A DNA stretch of 64,000 bases, taken from assembly GCA_964016885.1 (NCBI GenBank), contig OZ024744.1, forward strand, positions 74,586,001-74,650,000, given 5' to 3'. The stretch is from Eledone cirrhosa. Taxonomy: Eukaryota. Position numbers and translations under genes: made by a program. Below, piece by piece: positions 1-12,337 of this stretch. Position 1 is the first letter of the stretch, and every line of letters starts with the position of its first letter. The notes beneath the pieces are model-generated. The model was given only the letters and a program-made list of their open reading frames with translations. It had not been told where the DNA came from and made no database searches.

Positions 1-27
1 GCTTTAATATTTAAGCAATATACATAC

Positions 28-61
28 ATGCATAGACACATACGTAGATACATATATAGCT

Positions 62-101
<40 letters not shown>

Positions 102-107
102 ACACAC

Positions 108-139
<32 letters not shown>

Positions 140-280
140 GTACATATATATATATGTACATATATATATATACATACATATATAAACATACATATTATAT
201 ACATAGACACACACACACACACACACATATATACATAATATAATATGTATAATATGTATGTGTGTGTGTCTATGTATATG
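28..280. repeat. (CA)n/(TA)n microsatellite block
   Basis: Direct dinucleotide runs; the overlapping YI/HT/CV ORFs are artefacts. Confidence 0.95.
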
Positions 281-687
281 AACGTGGGAGCAGGAAGGAA
301 GAAGGAATGTGTGCGTATGTGTGTTTTGGGAGAGAATATTCACGAAGGGCATTAGGGATCGGAAAACGATGTAAAATGTCATGGCATCGCTCGAAGGACA
401 GCTTATTCAAGAACTTTCCACTGTACTAGACAGACAATAAGTTATTCAAGCTTGCACCACCTCTCCATCCAGGTGCATACATTCAAACACATATGCACAT
501 ACCTACATGCAAAATATACACATATACGCAAATACACACATACGTACACACACACAAACTCTCTCGCTCACACACACACACATATATATATACATATATA
601 TCCGTGTTTGACGGCTGACAGAAAGGAGTACTCAATACTCAAGTAGAGTTTTAATATTCATTATATTAAGGATAAATGGCTAAATGG

Positions 688-880
688 AGGGCGGTGAATT
701 GGCAGTATCGGTGGAGGGTCGGGCGCCATGCTTTCCAGCATAGTTACGTCCCTTTACGGTCTGACCGCAAATCCCGTGGAGGTAAACTTTGCCTTTCGTC
801 CTTGCGGGATCGATAAAATAAAGTACCAGTAATGGCCTGGTGAATTTCTGGGTTTGTGCCAAAAGTAGAAACAATTATAT
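688..880 (+). mobile_element. tRNA-derived SINE, major family of this window
   Basis: A-box-like TGGCAGTATCGG, degenerate B box, core GCCTTTCGTCCTT.CGGG.TCGATAAAATAAAGTACCAG and tail GTGCCAAAAGTAGAAACAATTAT; about 10 related copies in the window. Confidence 0.85.
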
Positions 881-899
881 TAAGGCTAAATGGTGAGTC

Positions 900-945
900 T
901 TGTTACTCTGGAGTTTCACCTGTTTATCACACGGTTATCAGACAA
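900..945 (-). ncRNA. Type I hammerhead ribozyme-like motif with a C3/A8 mismatch core
   Basis: Minus strand reads TTGT-CTGATAA-CC..GG-T-GAAA-CTC CA GAG-TA-ACAA. Confidence 0.55.
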
Positions 946-1046
946 AAATTAACGTTTCAATGGCTGATACAGTATAAATAAGGTACACTTCTTGTCGTTA
1001 TCTATCTCTCTATCTATCTATCTATCTATCTCTCTATCTATCTGCC

Positions 1047-4000
1047 GACACCCATCAAAACAACACAACCACCAACACCACCACAACAACAACACCAACA
1101 CACAAAAATAACCACAACAAACACAGTCCCACCCAACCCCACTCCACCTAAAACCACTGCAAAATCACATACAGACACAACAGCTCCCCAAGACATACCC
1201 CTCCCCAATCACACAGACGATACAACAGATGAGGCTATCTCGCCATCACCCAGTGAAGACGAGGGAGAACCCCATCGCTCGAAAAGAAAGAAAAGACATC
1301 ACAAAAGCAAAAAACCAGCAAACACTACCACAAACATACAACCACCAACACAAACAACACAAATATCACAAACAAAACCCCCACCTCCTGAAAACAAAAT
1401 ACCTACACAAGAACTACAGACAAAAACAAACACAACACAAGAAAATTACACTTACACTTACATAAACACTGAAAACAAAACACTAATGGAGACCATCACG
1501 AACGACCCTTCGGTTTTCACCGAAGGGAAAACTTTCGCCCACTCTATAAAAAATAGCAAAAAACTGAACCTTAAACTGATTTGGGTCCCTATACAAACTT
1601 ATAGGTCCCTAAAAGAAACATTTGAGAAGGATGTGGGGAATTCCTGCGTGAAACCACTCAACCGCGTCCTTCTCAAATGCCTCCCCACCCCAGACACCCC
1701 CATCCCACCAGACCCCACCCCACCAAACATCTGCGTCCCCACCCCGCCGGAAACCACCACCCATCCAGACAACCCCTCCAACACCCCCATGGAAATCGTG
1801 CGGCCTGGTCCCCAGGAGGCGAAGGGTGAGTGATCTCTTTTCCTCTTTTAACTTTTCAGCACCAACATGGCCAATATAAGAGTTGGATGTGTGAACGTAC
1901 GCGGCCTGGGGATGCCCTGGAAACAGGGCAAACTCTTAAACGACCTCAGGTCGCACAGTTTGGATGTGGTAGCCATTTGCGAGTCCAGGATCCACGGCGA
2001 GCGACAGCTGGCCCCCATCTTCGATGACTTTGAGATCTACGCATCTCTCTGTCAACCGGGGGGTGGGGGCGGAGTTGCCGTTTTGCTGCGGAAACACCTG
2101 GGCCTCGTAACACAGACGGTACATCTGGACCCGGAGGGTCGACTGGTGGTCCTAGACGTTGACGGTAGTGAAGGTGGAGCCTTCAGGCTGGTGGCCGCAT
2201 ATGCCCCATCCGGGACACCGCGGCCAGACTTCTTCAAACGTCTAGAAACTTTTCTGGGAACATCCCGCTCCTTGCTTTTAGTGGGGCACTGGAATGGAAT
2301 CCTAGATGCACGTTGGGACTATGTGGGAGCATGTCCCGATAAAGGGGGGGGTGTAACAGCCTCAAACAGTTAATCGACCGACTTGACCTGGCCGATAGAT
2401 ATCGACTAGATTTTCCGACTGCGCCACTGTGGACGTGGAGTAATCGTAGCGGAACATCTAGATCGTACCTAGATAGGGTTCTAGTTAGAAATAAGGATAG
2501 GGACATGTTAAGCTGTCCACAAATGTTCATGGTTGCCTATTCAGATCACAAACTAGTGACCTGCATGGCCAACCTTGATAGAACCCATAGACAAGGACCC
2601 GGCTACTGGAAGCTGAACTTGTCGTTACCGACAAGCAAAGACTACAGTAGACGGATTAGCACTTTAGTTAAACAGCACTTGACAGGGGCCATTGTGAACA
2701 ACAGATGGTGGTACTCTCTCAAGAGGGCAGCTAGATTAGACTCGATAGTTTTTAGTAAAGAATTAGCGTTAGATAGAAATAGAACCGAGAAGGAACTGGT
2801 AGATAAAGTAGAAGAGGCAATTAGAAGTGGCAACGTAGCCAGCGTGCTAGCAACGAGAACGGCCTTGGACCAGTTCTTCGACGCAAAGCACGAGGGCTGC
2901 GTTGCCAGAAGCAAAATACGTGCTCTGGGAAACGAGGGAGCCAAAGCTGTTAGCTAGGGCCGAGTGACGGAGGCAAAAAGTGGCAACAAGTCCACGATTC
3001 GGTCTTTGAAGGACCAAAACGGACGCGTGATACGTGAGCCGAAGCAGATGTGTGCGGCTTTTCAGCGGCACTTTGCTCGGCTGTTCGGGGGGAGCGGCGC
3101 GCCGGGAGAGGCTATGGATTTCGGTCCATACCTCGACGGCCTACCGCGACTCTCGGACAGCGAGGCGAAGTTCTGCGAAAAGCCGATTTCAGCCACTGAG
3201 ATAGGGGACGCGCTGAGCCAATGCGGCAAACGCAAATCTCCAGGTCTCGACGGTCTACCCTACGAATTTTACGTAGCAATGCCGGACTTATTCTCCGGTC
3301 TCCTGGAAGCGGTCTACTGCAACTGGCAACAGAACGGGAGAATTGCCAGTTCTGTAACCGGGGGCGTGGTCACACTAATCAGGAAGGACGAGAATAAGGG
3401 GGATGACATAGGCAACTTCCGGCCCATAACTCTGCTAAACACAGAGTTACAGATTTTGGCCAAGGTGTTGGCAAAGAGGCTGGCGCTTGTCGTCGAGAAC
3501 CTGGTGGGAGAAGCGCAGACATGCGCGATCCCGACCAGGTCCATAAACGACAACCTCCACCTCATGCGATACATCATAGAGAGGGTAGGGTGTAAACCCG
3601 GCTTCGGTGGGGCCCTGATCAACTTGGATCAGTCTAAGGCTTTCGATAGGGTTGACCATCGTTACCTGGATGCGGTGCTCGAGGCGGCAGGCTTCGGACC
3701 CGTGTTCAGGGGCTGGATTGCTGCAATGCACAACAGCAACATCTGCTCAAGGGTCAAGGTGAACGGTTACCTCTCGGAGCCGTTCCATATTACGCGATCC
3801 ATTCGACAGGGATGCCCTCTCTCCTCCCTTCTGTACGTACTGACTCTCGAGCCACTACTGCGGAAGCTGAAGCTATTACAGGGCATCCCTCTGGAACCGG
3901 GACTGCGGAAAGCGGCGTCGGCCTACGCCGAGGACGTGACAGTAATGGTGTCGAGCGCCTCGCAAATCGAGGAAGTCGGCACCTTACTAAAGGAATATGA

Positions 4001-5543
4001 AAGTCTCACAGGAGCGAAGCTGAACCGGGACAAGTCCATTGGTTTGCAACTCGGATCGTGGAGAGACAGACCGATGCCTTCCGATGGCGTCGTCGGACGC
4101 TGGACGGAAGGACCGGTAAAGCTGCTCGGGGTCTGGTTTGGTCCGGACCTCCAGGTGGAGAAGAACTGGAACGAAGTGACAGCCAAGGTGTTTGCACTCA
4201 CCCAGAAGTGGGCCGAGTGCAAACTATCCTTGAAAGGTCGAGCGGAGGTGGCGAACACTTTTATAGCGTCCGCCATCTACTACCGCTTGACCGTCGTGCC
4301 TTGTCCAGCCAAAACGCTCGCCAAAATGGAGCGCGCGCTCTTCCGATTCCTTTGGAAGAGGCGGGCTCCTTTGGTGAGAAGATCCATCTGCTGCCAACAC
4401 CCTTCTAACGAAGGGCTGGGGATGCTGTGGTTGACGATGCGCAAACACGCGCTCAGGCTGCGGCATCTCTACGTATTCCTCACCGGACAACCGGTGTAGG
4501 ACCCGTTCGTGAGGCGAGCCTTCCCACGACTCGTCTCGCTGACCGAGCTGCAGTCCTGGGTCAAGCAGAGACCGAGAAAAATGGGCGACTGGCACATCGA
4601 ATGTGCTCAGGCGCTCACAGCCCTCTGGCAGGCGGACCCGGCGATCAGTGGAGACTCCACTTCATCATTCTATAGAGGGTTGGTCCGCAGCAAGTGCGAC
4701 GACGCGCTCGGTGAAACTCTAGGCGTAGAGGAAGATGAACTGGCCAGTCTGTTCGGTAGGACCTTCCGCCCGGGACCGATGGACAACTTCCAAAAGTCCC
4801 TGGCCTGGCAGTGCTACCGAGGAGCTCTACCAGTTCGAGACAAGCTCTACAGACATGGGCGCCCGGGCAGGGACCCTACAAAAAAGATCTGTCCGAGGTG
4901 CGTACGAGACGAAGAAACCGTCGCGCACGCATTCATACACTGCCCGGGCGTCACTGACCTGTGGGGCTATGTAGAACGACTATTGTCGCGGGTGGGACCA
5001 ATCCAGTTGACCACCGAGTCCATTGTCATGACAAACCGCCACACTTCTTCAAAAACGAAGGAGTGGCGGTTTTCCTTTGTGTGATAGCTATGGCGAAAGA
5101 GGTTGTATGGTGGACAAGGTTGAAAGGGCTGAGGTCAGACACCTTTCTCTCCGGCCAACAACTGATTCTTTTTTTCAAATACCACTTTGGAAGAAGAATC
5201 AGGATGGAGAGAGAGGTGCTGTACCCCAGCAAGTTTTATGAAAGGTGGGTGAAAGTGGCGAGAATGGCCCGAGTGAATGGGCCTTCTCTCTTTATCAGCC
5301 TGTAGGTTGAGGAAAAGGAGGAGGAGAGGAAAGGAGTACAAGCTCTTCGTACTCCTGGAGATGAGGGTTGCACATTTTTTTTCGGGGGTATGTGTTACCC
5401 ATATAAACTGTCTCCCTCTATTGGGGAAAATCGACTAACTTTTAAATTCCATCTGTGATAACATTTTACACGTTTTTATTGTATGTAAACTTCCCCCTTT
5501 GTATTTGTCCCCTTCTTTTGTGCCCCTGTGGCTAATAAAGAAA
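1047..5543 (+). mobile_element. Tx1/L1-clade LINE, subfamily A, 5'-truncated within ORF1
   Basis: APE endonuclease (GCVNVRGL, SDHKLV), RT (KSPGLDGL, LDQSKAFDRV, RQGCPLS, YAED), CCHC knuckle (CPRC..ETVAHAFIHC), AATAAA then TCTA/TC repeat. Confidence 0.95.
1867..5305 (+). pseudogene. Tx1 ORF2 (APE-RT-zinc knuckle), disrupted
   Basis: Collinear ORF pieces 1867-2373, 2505-2957, 2964-4499, 4509-5084 and 4961-5305, separated by stops and frameshifts. Confidence 0.92.
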
Positions 5544-5878
5544 TATATCTATCTATCTCTCTATCTGCCTGACGCGTGGAACATCGCCGGTAAGATTTTT
5601 TATAAATTTATATAAAACAGAACAAATTTATATAGAACAAATCTATATAAAACAGAACAAATTCTTTGAAAAAACATATTATTTTGTAGATTAACCCCCA
5701 AGCTGAATTGTCAGCTGGGTGGTAATCCCATTTTTCGAAAATTTAATTTAAAAATTGTTTTATAATTTCAACTTTTGCCAACTATTAAACACGAATAACA
5801 CGACAAGAACGCTGGAGAACGTCGACAGAGAAAAGAGAGAGAAAGGCAAATTTTAACGTTATATCTGCTTCTGCTAAT

Positions 5879-7671
5879 ATGGACGTCGCCATAGATACGA
5901 CTGTCAACAAAGGGAAAAAATATTACCACTTGGAGATTGTACAATTTCTACCGTCGAAGCAGAGAAAAATGAACACACAGGAATTAAATCCATTAACATA
6001 CATACACATGAAAAAACAACATCAACAACTCCACAGATACATCTACACATAAAGTTTCACTTCACAAGGAACTGAGATTTCCAACACCAAGGTTAACAAC
6101 GATAACAACAACAACAGCAACAACAGCAACACCACACACAAAAAAAATGTCTTTCGCTGAAACAGTGAACAAAAAACAAGATTTTATAAATCTTGATATC
6201 TCCAATGCAAGAGATATGCTCCAGCAAGGGGGAGAATTTGTAACTTTCGAAGAGAAGGGTGGGTTTAGAATTAACTCACCCCTTGAAATAAAAGAGACAG
6301 AGTTCGAAGGACAGTGACCTTTAGGACTGTGACCAATACCACGAGAAAGCCGATATTTATTAGTCAAGGAGATATAGAAAATACCTTGAAAGAAATTCTA
6401 GCAAATATCGAATTTCTCCAACGAGGAAAACAGTACGGAAGTGTTTCCGTACTGTTTAAAAGCGAGGCCCTCGCCCAAAAACATTTTGTGACACCAATAG
6501 TGTCAAAAGAATTTACCCTTTTCCCTACATACATGGGAAAAAAGACACAAAAAATAAAAATAAAAAATATACCACCAAACATTAACATCTGCTGGACCGT
6601 AACTGGCTTCGTAGAGCCAGAAACTGACATTATTCTTTCAATACGAAAGTCTATTAGACAAAGGTGGGCGGGTAGTGATTTGGAGATTCTGTTGCAAATG
6701 AGGACGGAAAGAATCTCCAAAATACCCGAAAGAGTCGTCATCGATGATAACAACAAAATAAACATTTCGGTAGAAGGACGAACATTTCATTGCTTTCGCT
6801 ATGGTAGCACAGCACACCTAAAAGCCTCACAAACACACCACAACATCATAAAAAAACACTATCACCATCACCAACACCAAAACAACCACCACCACCTCAA
6901 GTATAATGACAGACGAAACGAGCAATCACACCAAAACAAACAGCCACTCAACCAACAACAACAGAATAAACAGAGACAACACCCCTGAGGAATACAGCCC
7001 CACCCCATCCCACTGCATCAAACACTACCACAAACACACACACCAAAACACAACCACCAAACAACATACCCCTACCCCACACTCCTGACGATGATTATTC
7101 ATCGACGGATGAAGCTGCTTCTCCTTCTTTAAGTGAAGAAGAGGAAGAGCTACGGAAATCTAAAAAAAGAGACGCCACAAAACCCACAAAACTCCAATCA
7201 CCAACACCAACACACAAACACAGACACAAACAACAACACACAACACCACAGTCAAACATCCCCCTACCAGCAAAACCAACACCAACACCACTCCAAACAC
7301 AAGCACCCACCATAAAAGGAAAATTCCCGGACGAACAACAAACTAAAACAACACAACAAAAACACAAACAACAATATGCATACATCAACGCAAACAACAA
7401 GAGTTTGATGGAGGTCATCTCCCAAAACCCCAAGGTGGAGACGGAGGGCAAAACTTTCGTCAAGGCAGAATCGTCTCCACACCTTAAACTTTTTAGGGTT
7501 TCTATGGAAACCTATAATGACTTGAAAAATAAATGTTCACAGGACGTGGGCAACCCCTGCCAGAAACCTATCAACCGCGACCTTTTAAAATGTTTCCACA
7601 CCCCACCCAACACCCCATCCAGCACCCAAATGGAGATTGAACAACACGATCTCCAGGAAACGAAAAGGTAA
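5879..7671 (+). pseudogene. Tx1 ORF1 (RRM-like region, degenerate CCHC knuckle, low-complexity linker, conserved C-terminal domain)
   Basis: ORF 6314-6988 has ..VEGRTFHCFRYGSTAHLKAS; ORF 7405-7671 aligns with ORF 1486-1833; start position approximate. Confidence 0.75.
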
Positions 7672-7712
7672 GTACACCTTTCGTCCTTTTTGTCCAACTC
7701 TTCTTCATCAAC

Positions 7713-10700
7713 ATGGCTAGTTTACGAGTTGGAACCGTGAATGTGTGTGGCCTAGGGATGCCCTGGAAACAGGGTCAACTTTTAAACGACCTTAGGTCAC
7801 ACGGTATGGATGTGATAGCCATCACCGAGTCCAGGATCCACAACAGGCAGCAACTAACCCCATATTCGACGACTTTGAGATCTACGCATCTCTCTGTCAG
7901 CCAGGAAGGGGAGGGGGAGTGGCTGTCATGTTTCGGAAGAACCTGGACGTCGAAGTACAGCAAATACACTGGGACCCGGAGGGTAGACTGGTAGTCCTAG
8001 ACGTGAACAGTATTGGAGGTGGAGCCTTGAGACTGGTGGCCGTTTATGCCCCGACCGGGCAATCGCAATCACGGCAGGACTTCTTTAAGCCTCTAGAGTG
8101 TTTTCTGGGAACGTCTCGCTCCTTACTTTTAGTGGGGGACTGGAATGGTATCCTAGATGCAGGATGGGACTATGTGGGAGAATGTCCCTGTAGATGGGTG
8201 GGGGTGCAACACCCTCAAAACTTTAATCGGCCAATTCCAACTGGCCGATAGGTATCGACAGGATTTCCCAACTGCACCAAAGTGGACGTGTGAAAAAAAC
8301 AGCGGGACAGTTAGATCGTATTTAGATAGGTTCTTCATTAGAGAAAGGGTCAAGGATATGTAAAGCTGTCCACGAATGCACATGGTTGCCTATTCAGATC
8401 ACAAATTAGTCGTCTGCTTAGTCAACCGTGATAGAATTCATAGACAAGGACCCGGATACTGGAAGTTGAACGTGTCGTTGCCGGCACGTAAAACTTACAG
8501 GGAACGGATAAATAGACTAGTCAAGCAACAGTTAACGGGAGCCATCGTCAACAATAAATGGTGGTACTCTCTCAAGAAAGCAATTAGAATAGAATCGATA
8601 GCGTTTAGCAAAGGTTTAGCCTTAGAGAAAAACAAAATAGAAAGAGAACTAGTAGCCAAGGTAGAGGAGGCACTTAGAAGTGGCAACGCGGCTAGAGTGT
8701 TAGCGTCGAGAACGGCACTGGACCAGTTTTTCGATGTGAAACACGAAGGCTGCGTGGTCAGAAGCATAACACGTGCTCTAGCAAACAAAGGAGCTAAAAC
8801 TGTCAGTGGGGCCCGAGTGGTGGAGGCGAAAAGTGGCAACAAGTCCACGATTCGGTCTTTGAAAGACCAAAACAGACGCGTGCTACTTGACCCCAAGCAA
8901 ATGTGTCCAGCCTTTCAGCAGCATTTTACGCGACTGTTTGAGCAGAAGGACGGTGAGCCGAACGGGGCAATGGACTTTAGTATATACGTCGACGGCCTGC
9001 CGCGTCTCTCGAACACGGACGTCGAGTTCTGCGAAAGACCGATCACGGACACTGAGATACGGGACGCCCTGGGCCGCTGCGGGAAACGTAAGTCACCCGG
9101 TCTAGATGGTCTACCTATGAGATTTACATAGGCATGCAGGACTTGTTCTCTGGCGTCCTCGAAGCCGTCTACTGTAATTGGCAGCAGAACGGGAGAATTC
9201 CCAGTTCTGCAGGTAAGGGCGTAGTAACGCTAATCAGGAAAGACGAGAACAAGGGGGACGGAATTAACAACTTCAGGCCCATATCTCTGCTCAACAGAGT
9301 TAAAGATTTTGGCCAAGGTGCCAGCGACGAGGTTGGCGCTTGTCGTCGAGAACCTGGTAGGGAAAGCGCAAACGTGTGCAGTCCCGACCAGGTCCATACA
9401 CGACAACCTCCACATTCATGCGATACATCATAGAGAGGGTGGGTAGTAAACCAGCTTCGGTGGGGCGCTGATCAATTTGGATCAGTCTAAGGCATTCGAT
9501 AGGGTCGACCATCGATACTTGGAAGCGGTTCTCAATGCGGCCGGTTTCGGTCCCGTTTTCAGAGGCTGGATCGAGGCGATGCACACCAGCATCTCCTCGA
9601 GTGTCAAGGTGAACGGCTACCTATCCGAGCCGTTCGCAATCACGCGTTCCATTCGACAGGGGTGCTCTCTCTGCTCCATGTATGCTTCTGTATGTATTGA
9701 CTCTAGAGCCACTTCTGCGGAAATCGGAGCTGTTGCAGGGCATCCCCCTAGAACCGGGACTGCGCAAAGCGGCGTCGGCTTATGCCGACGATGTAACGGT
9801 AATGGTGTCGAGCACCTCGGAAATCGGGGTGATCGGCAACTTACTGAAAGAATAGGAAACGCTGACGGGAGCAAAACTAAACCCGGACAAGTGTGTCGGT
9901 TTGCAACTCGGTACGTGGAGAGGCAAACCGATGACATCCGACAGCGTCGTTGGACGCTGGACGGACGGAGATGGGAAATTGCTCGGGGTCTGGTTCGGTC
10001 CAGACATCCAGGTGGAGAAAAACTGGCCAAGGTGTTTGCACTCACCCAGAAGTGGGCAGAGTGCAAATTGTGCTTGAAAGGTCGAGCGGAGGTGGCGAAC
10101 ACTTTCATAGCGTCCGTCATCTACTACCGCTTGACTGTCGTGCCTTGTCCCCGTAAACACCTCGCCAAGATGGAACGCATGCTCTTCCAGTTTCTGTGGA
10201 AGAAGCAGGCTCCGCTGGCGAGGAGATCCGTCTGCTGTCAGCACCCTTCCAACGGAGGGCTGGGCATGCCATGGCTGATGATGCGCAAACCTGCGCTGAG
10301 GCTGCGGCATCTCCAGGTATTCCTCACCGACCACCAACCGTTGTGGGCCCCGTTAGTGAGACAGGCTTTCCCACAGCTCGTCTCGCTAACGGAGCTACAG
10401 TCTTGGGTCAAGAAAAGACCGAAAATGATTGTCACCTGGCACATTGAATGCGCAAGCGGGAACAGCAATCAGTGGAGACTCCATTTCGGAATTCTATAGA
10501 GGGATTGTACGTTACAAGGGCGACAACGTGCTCGGAGAGACTCTGGGCGTCGAAGACGATGATCTCACCAGTCTGTTTGGTAGGACTTTCCACCCGGGAC
10601 CTATGGACAACTTCCTGGCCTGGCAGTGCTACCAAGGAGCTCTACCGGTTCATGACATGATCTACAGGCATGGACGCCCCAGCAGGGATCCTTTCAAGAG

Positions 10701-11136
10701 GACGTGTCCAAGATGTGCGCAGGACATTGAAAGGGTCCTACACGCAATTGTACACTGCCCGGGCGTAACCGACCTGTCGAACGATGCAGAACAACTGCTG
10801 TCGCGTATGGGACAAATCCAGTTGACTGCCGGAAAGTGGCTGGCGGTTTGAGTCCATAGTAAGGATCAAACCGCCAACTTCTTTCAAAAACGAGAGGCGG
10901 TTTTCCTCTGTATGGTGGCTATGGTGAAAGAAGTTATATGGTGGACGAGATTGAGAGGACTGAGGACAGATGCCTTTCTCTCCGGACAACAATTGATTCC
11001 CTTCTTTAAGTATCACTTTAGAAGGAGAATCAGAGTGGAGAGAGAGGCACTGCACCCCAGTAAATTTACTGAAAGATGGGTGAATGAAACGAAAATGGCC
11101 CGAGTGATTGGGCCTTCTCTGTTTATAAGCCTGTAG
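7713..11136 (+). pseudogene. Tx1 ORF2, disrupted
   Basis: APE (GDWNG, SDH), RT (DQSKAFDRV, RQGC, YADD) and CCHC motifs spread over several frames. Confidence 0.92.
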
Positions 11137-11529
11137 GTTGAAGAAGAGAGCAAAATGAAGAAAGGAGCACTTGCACAACACGCTCCTGGAGTTGGGGGTT
11201 GTTCTATCGACGGGTTATTAAACAACCCATTTGTGGAGCTTCCCCACTATTGGGGAATTCGTTTGTTGTAATTGTTTGTTTTTATATTTTTTACACGACT
11301 ATATGTAAAATCCAGGCATGTCTTTGTATTGTCGCCTTTTCTTGTGCGCCCTTGTAGCAAATAAAGAAATATATCTAATTTTCTCTCTTTCTCTCTGCCC
11401 CCTCTCTCTGTATGTATATATATTATATGTATATATATATATATTATATGTATATATATATATACATATATATATATGTATATAAGTATATATATATATT
11501 ATATATATATACATGTATATATATATATG

Positions 11530-12190
11530 AAAATTAGAGTTAAAACTCCAATTGGAACCCTGTAACTATTAAGCTCCAAGTATAAAAATACTGAGCCGAT
11601 TAATAATATATATTTTTATTTTATCATTCTGTCTGCTTCTTGGTTAAATATTTCAAACAAATGTGGTTTTTCAACCCTTGTAATTTTAGACACACGGTTT
11701 ACTGTGTTTCTTACTATATATTATTAATCGGCTCAGTATTTTTATACTTGGAGCTTAATAGTTACAGGGTTCCAATTGGAGTTTTAACTCTAATTTTTAT
11801 ATATATTTCTGCTCCCTCACAAGTTGAGCTTATTAAGTTGTGTGTGTTGGACTGTTATTTCTATTCAATACGCGCTTACCACGTTTGACTAGCGGCACAC
11901 GAGGTGACAAATTCATCTTTCTGTGTGAACGTTGGCAAATAGTGTTTGTTGCATTTAATCAGATTCTCTCGCTGATGATGCCCAAGATTATCTGTTACAA
12001 ACACACCCAGGGCGAAACAGATTAGGGATAATCTGTCCGAGAGATATAATGGTTATTGAGGCGGTTTGTATAATAATATATTTTTATTTTATCATTCTGT
12101 CTGCTTCTTGGTTAAATATTTCAAACAAATGTGGTTTTTCAACCCTTGTAATTTTAGACACACGGTTTACTGTGTTTCTTACTATATATT
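11530..12190 (+). mobile_element. Non-coding PLE pseudo-LTR/retrozyme-like element with direct and inverted segments
   Basis: 11530-11612 is the reverse complement of about 11715-11798; about 11601-11720 recurs at about 12071-12190; contains a hammerhead; flanked by (TA)n. Confidence 0.75.
11965..12044 (+). ncRNA. Type I hammerhead ribozyme, canonical core
   Basis: Stem I TCTCTCG/CGAGAGA, CTGATGA, stem II GCCC/GGGC, GAAA, stem III CAGATTA-GGGA-TAATCTG, GUC site at 12037. Confidence 0.88.
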
Positions 12191-12337
12191 ATAAGTATAT
12201 ATATATATTATATATATATATATATACACACATATATGTGTATGTGTGTGTGTGTAATAAAGGATAAGAACACTGAGGAAGATATATATATATATAATAT
12301 ATATATATATAATAATAGTAATAACAATGATAATAAT

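Larger units (their letters stand above)
5567..11370 (+). mobile_element. Tx1/L1-clade LINE, subfamily A, apparently full length but decayed
   Basis: 5'UTR, ORF1 remnants, ORF2 clearly homologous to 1867-5305, 3' end GCAAATAAAGAAATATATCT followed by a TC-rich tract. Confidence 0.93.

Noticed and set aside
4-646. [12 protein letters not shown] ORFs here and throughout (e.g. 39131-42598)
   Set aside because: Translations of dinucleotide microsatellites
688-780. SINE heads as tRNA genes
   Set aside because: A and B boxes continue into a shared SINE body and tail; no complete cloverleaf
1826-1859. Tiny intron between Tx1 ORF1 and ORF2 (GTGAGT..TTTTCAG)
   Set aside because: Only 34 nt, and the AG is absent in the other two copies; the donor is better explained with a distal acceptor
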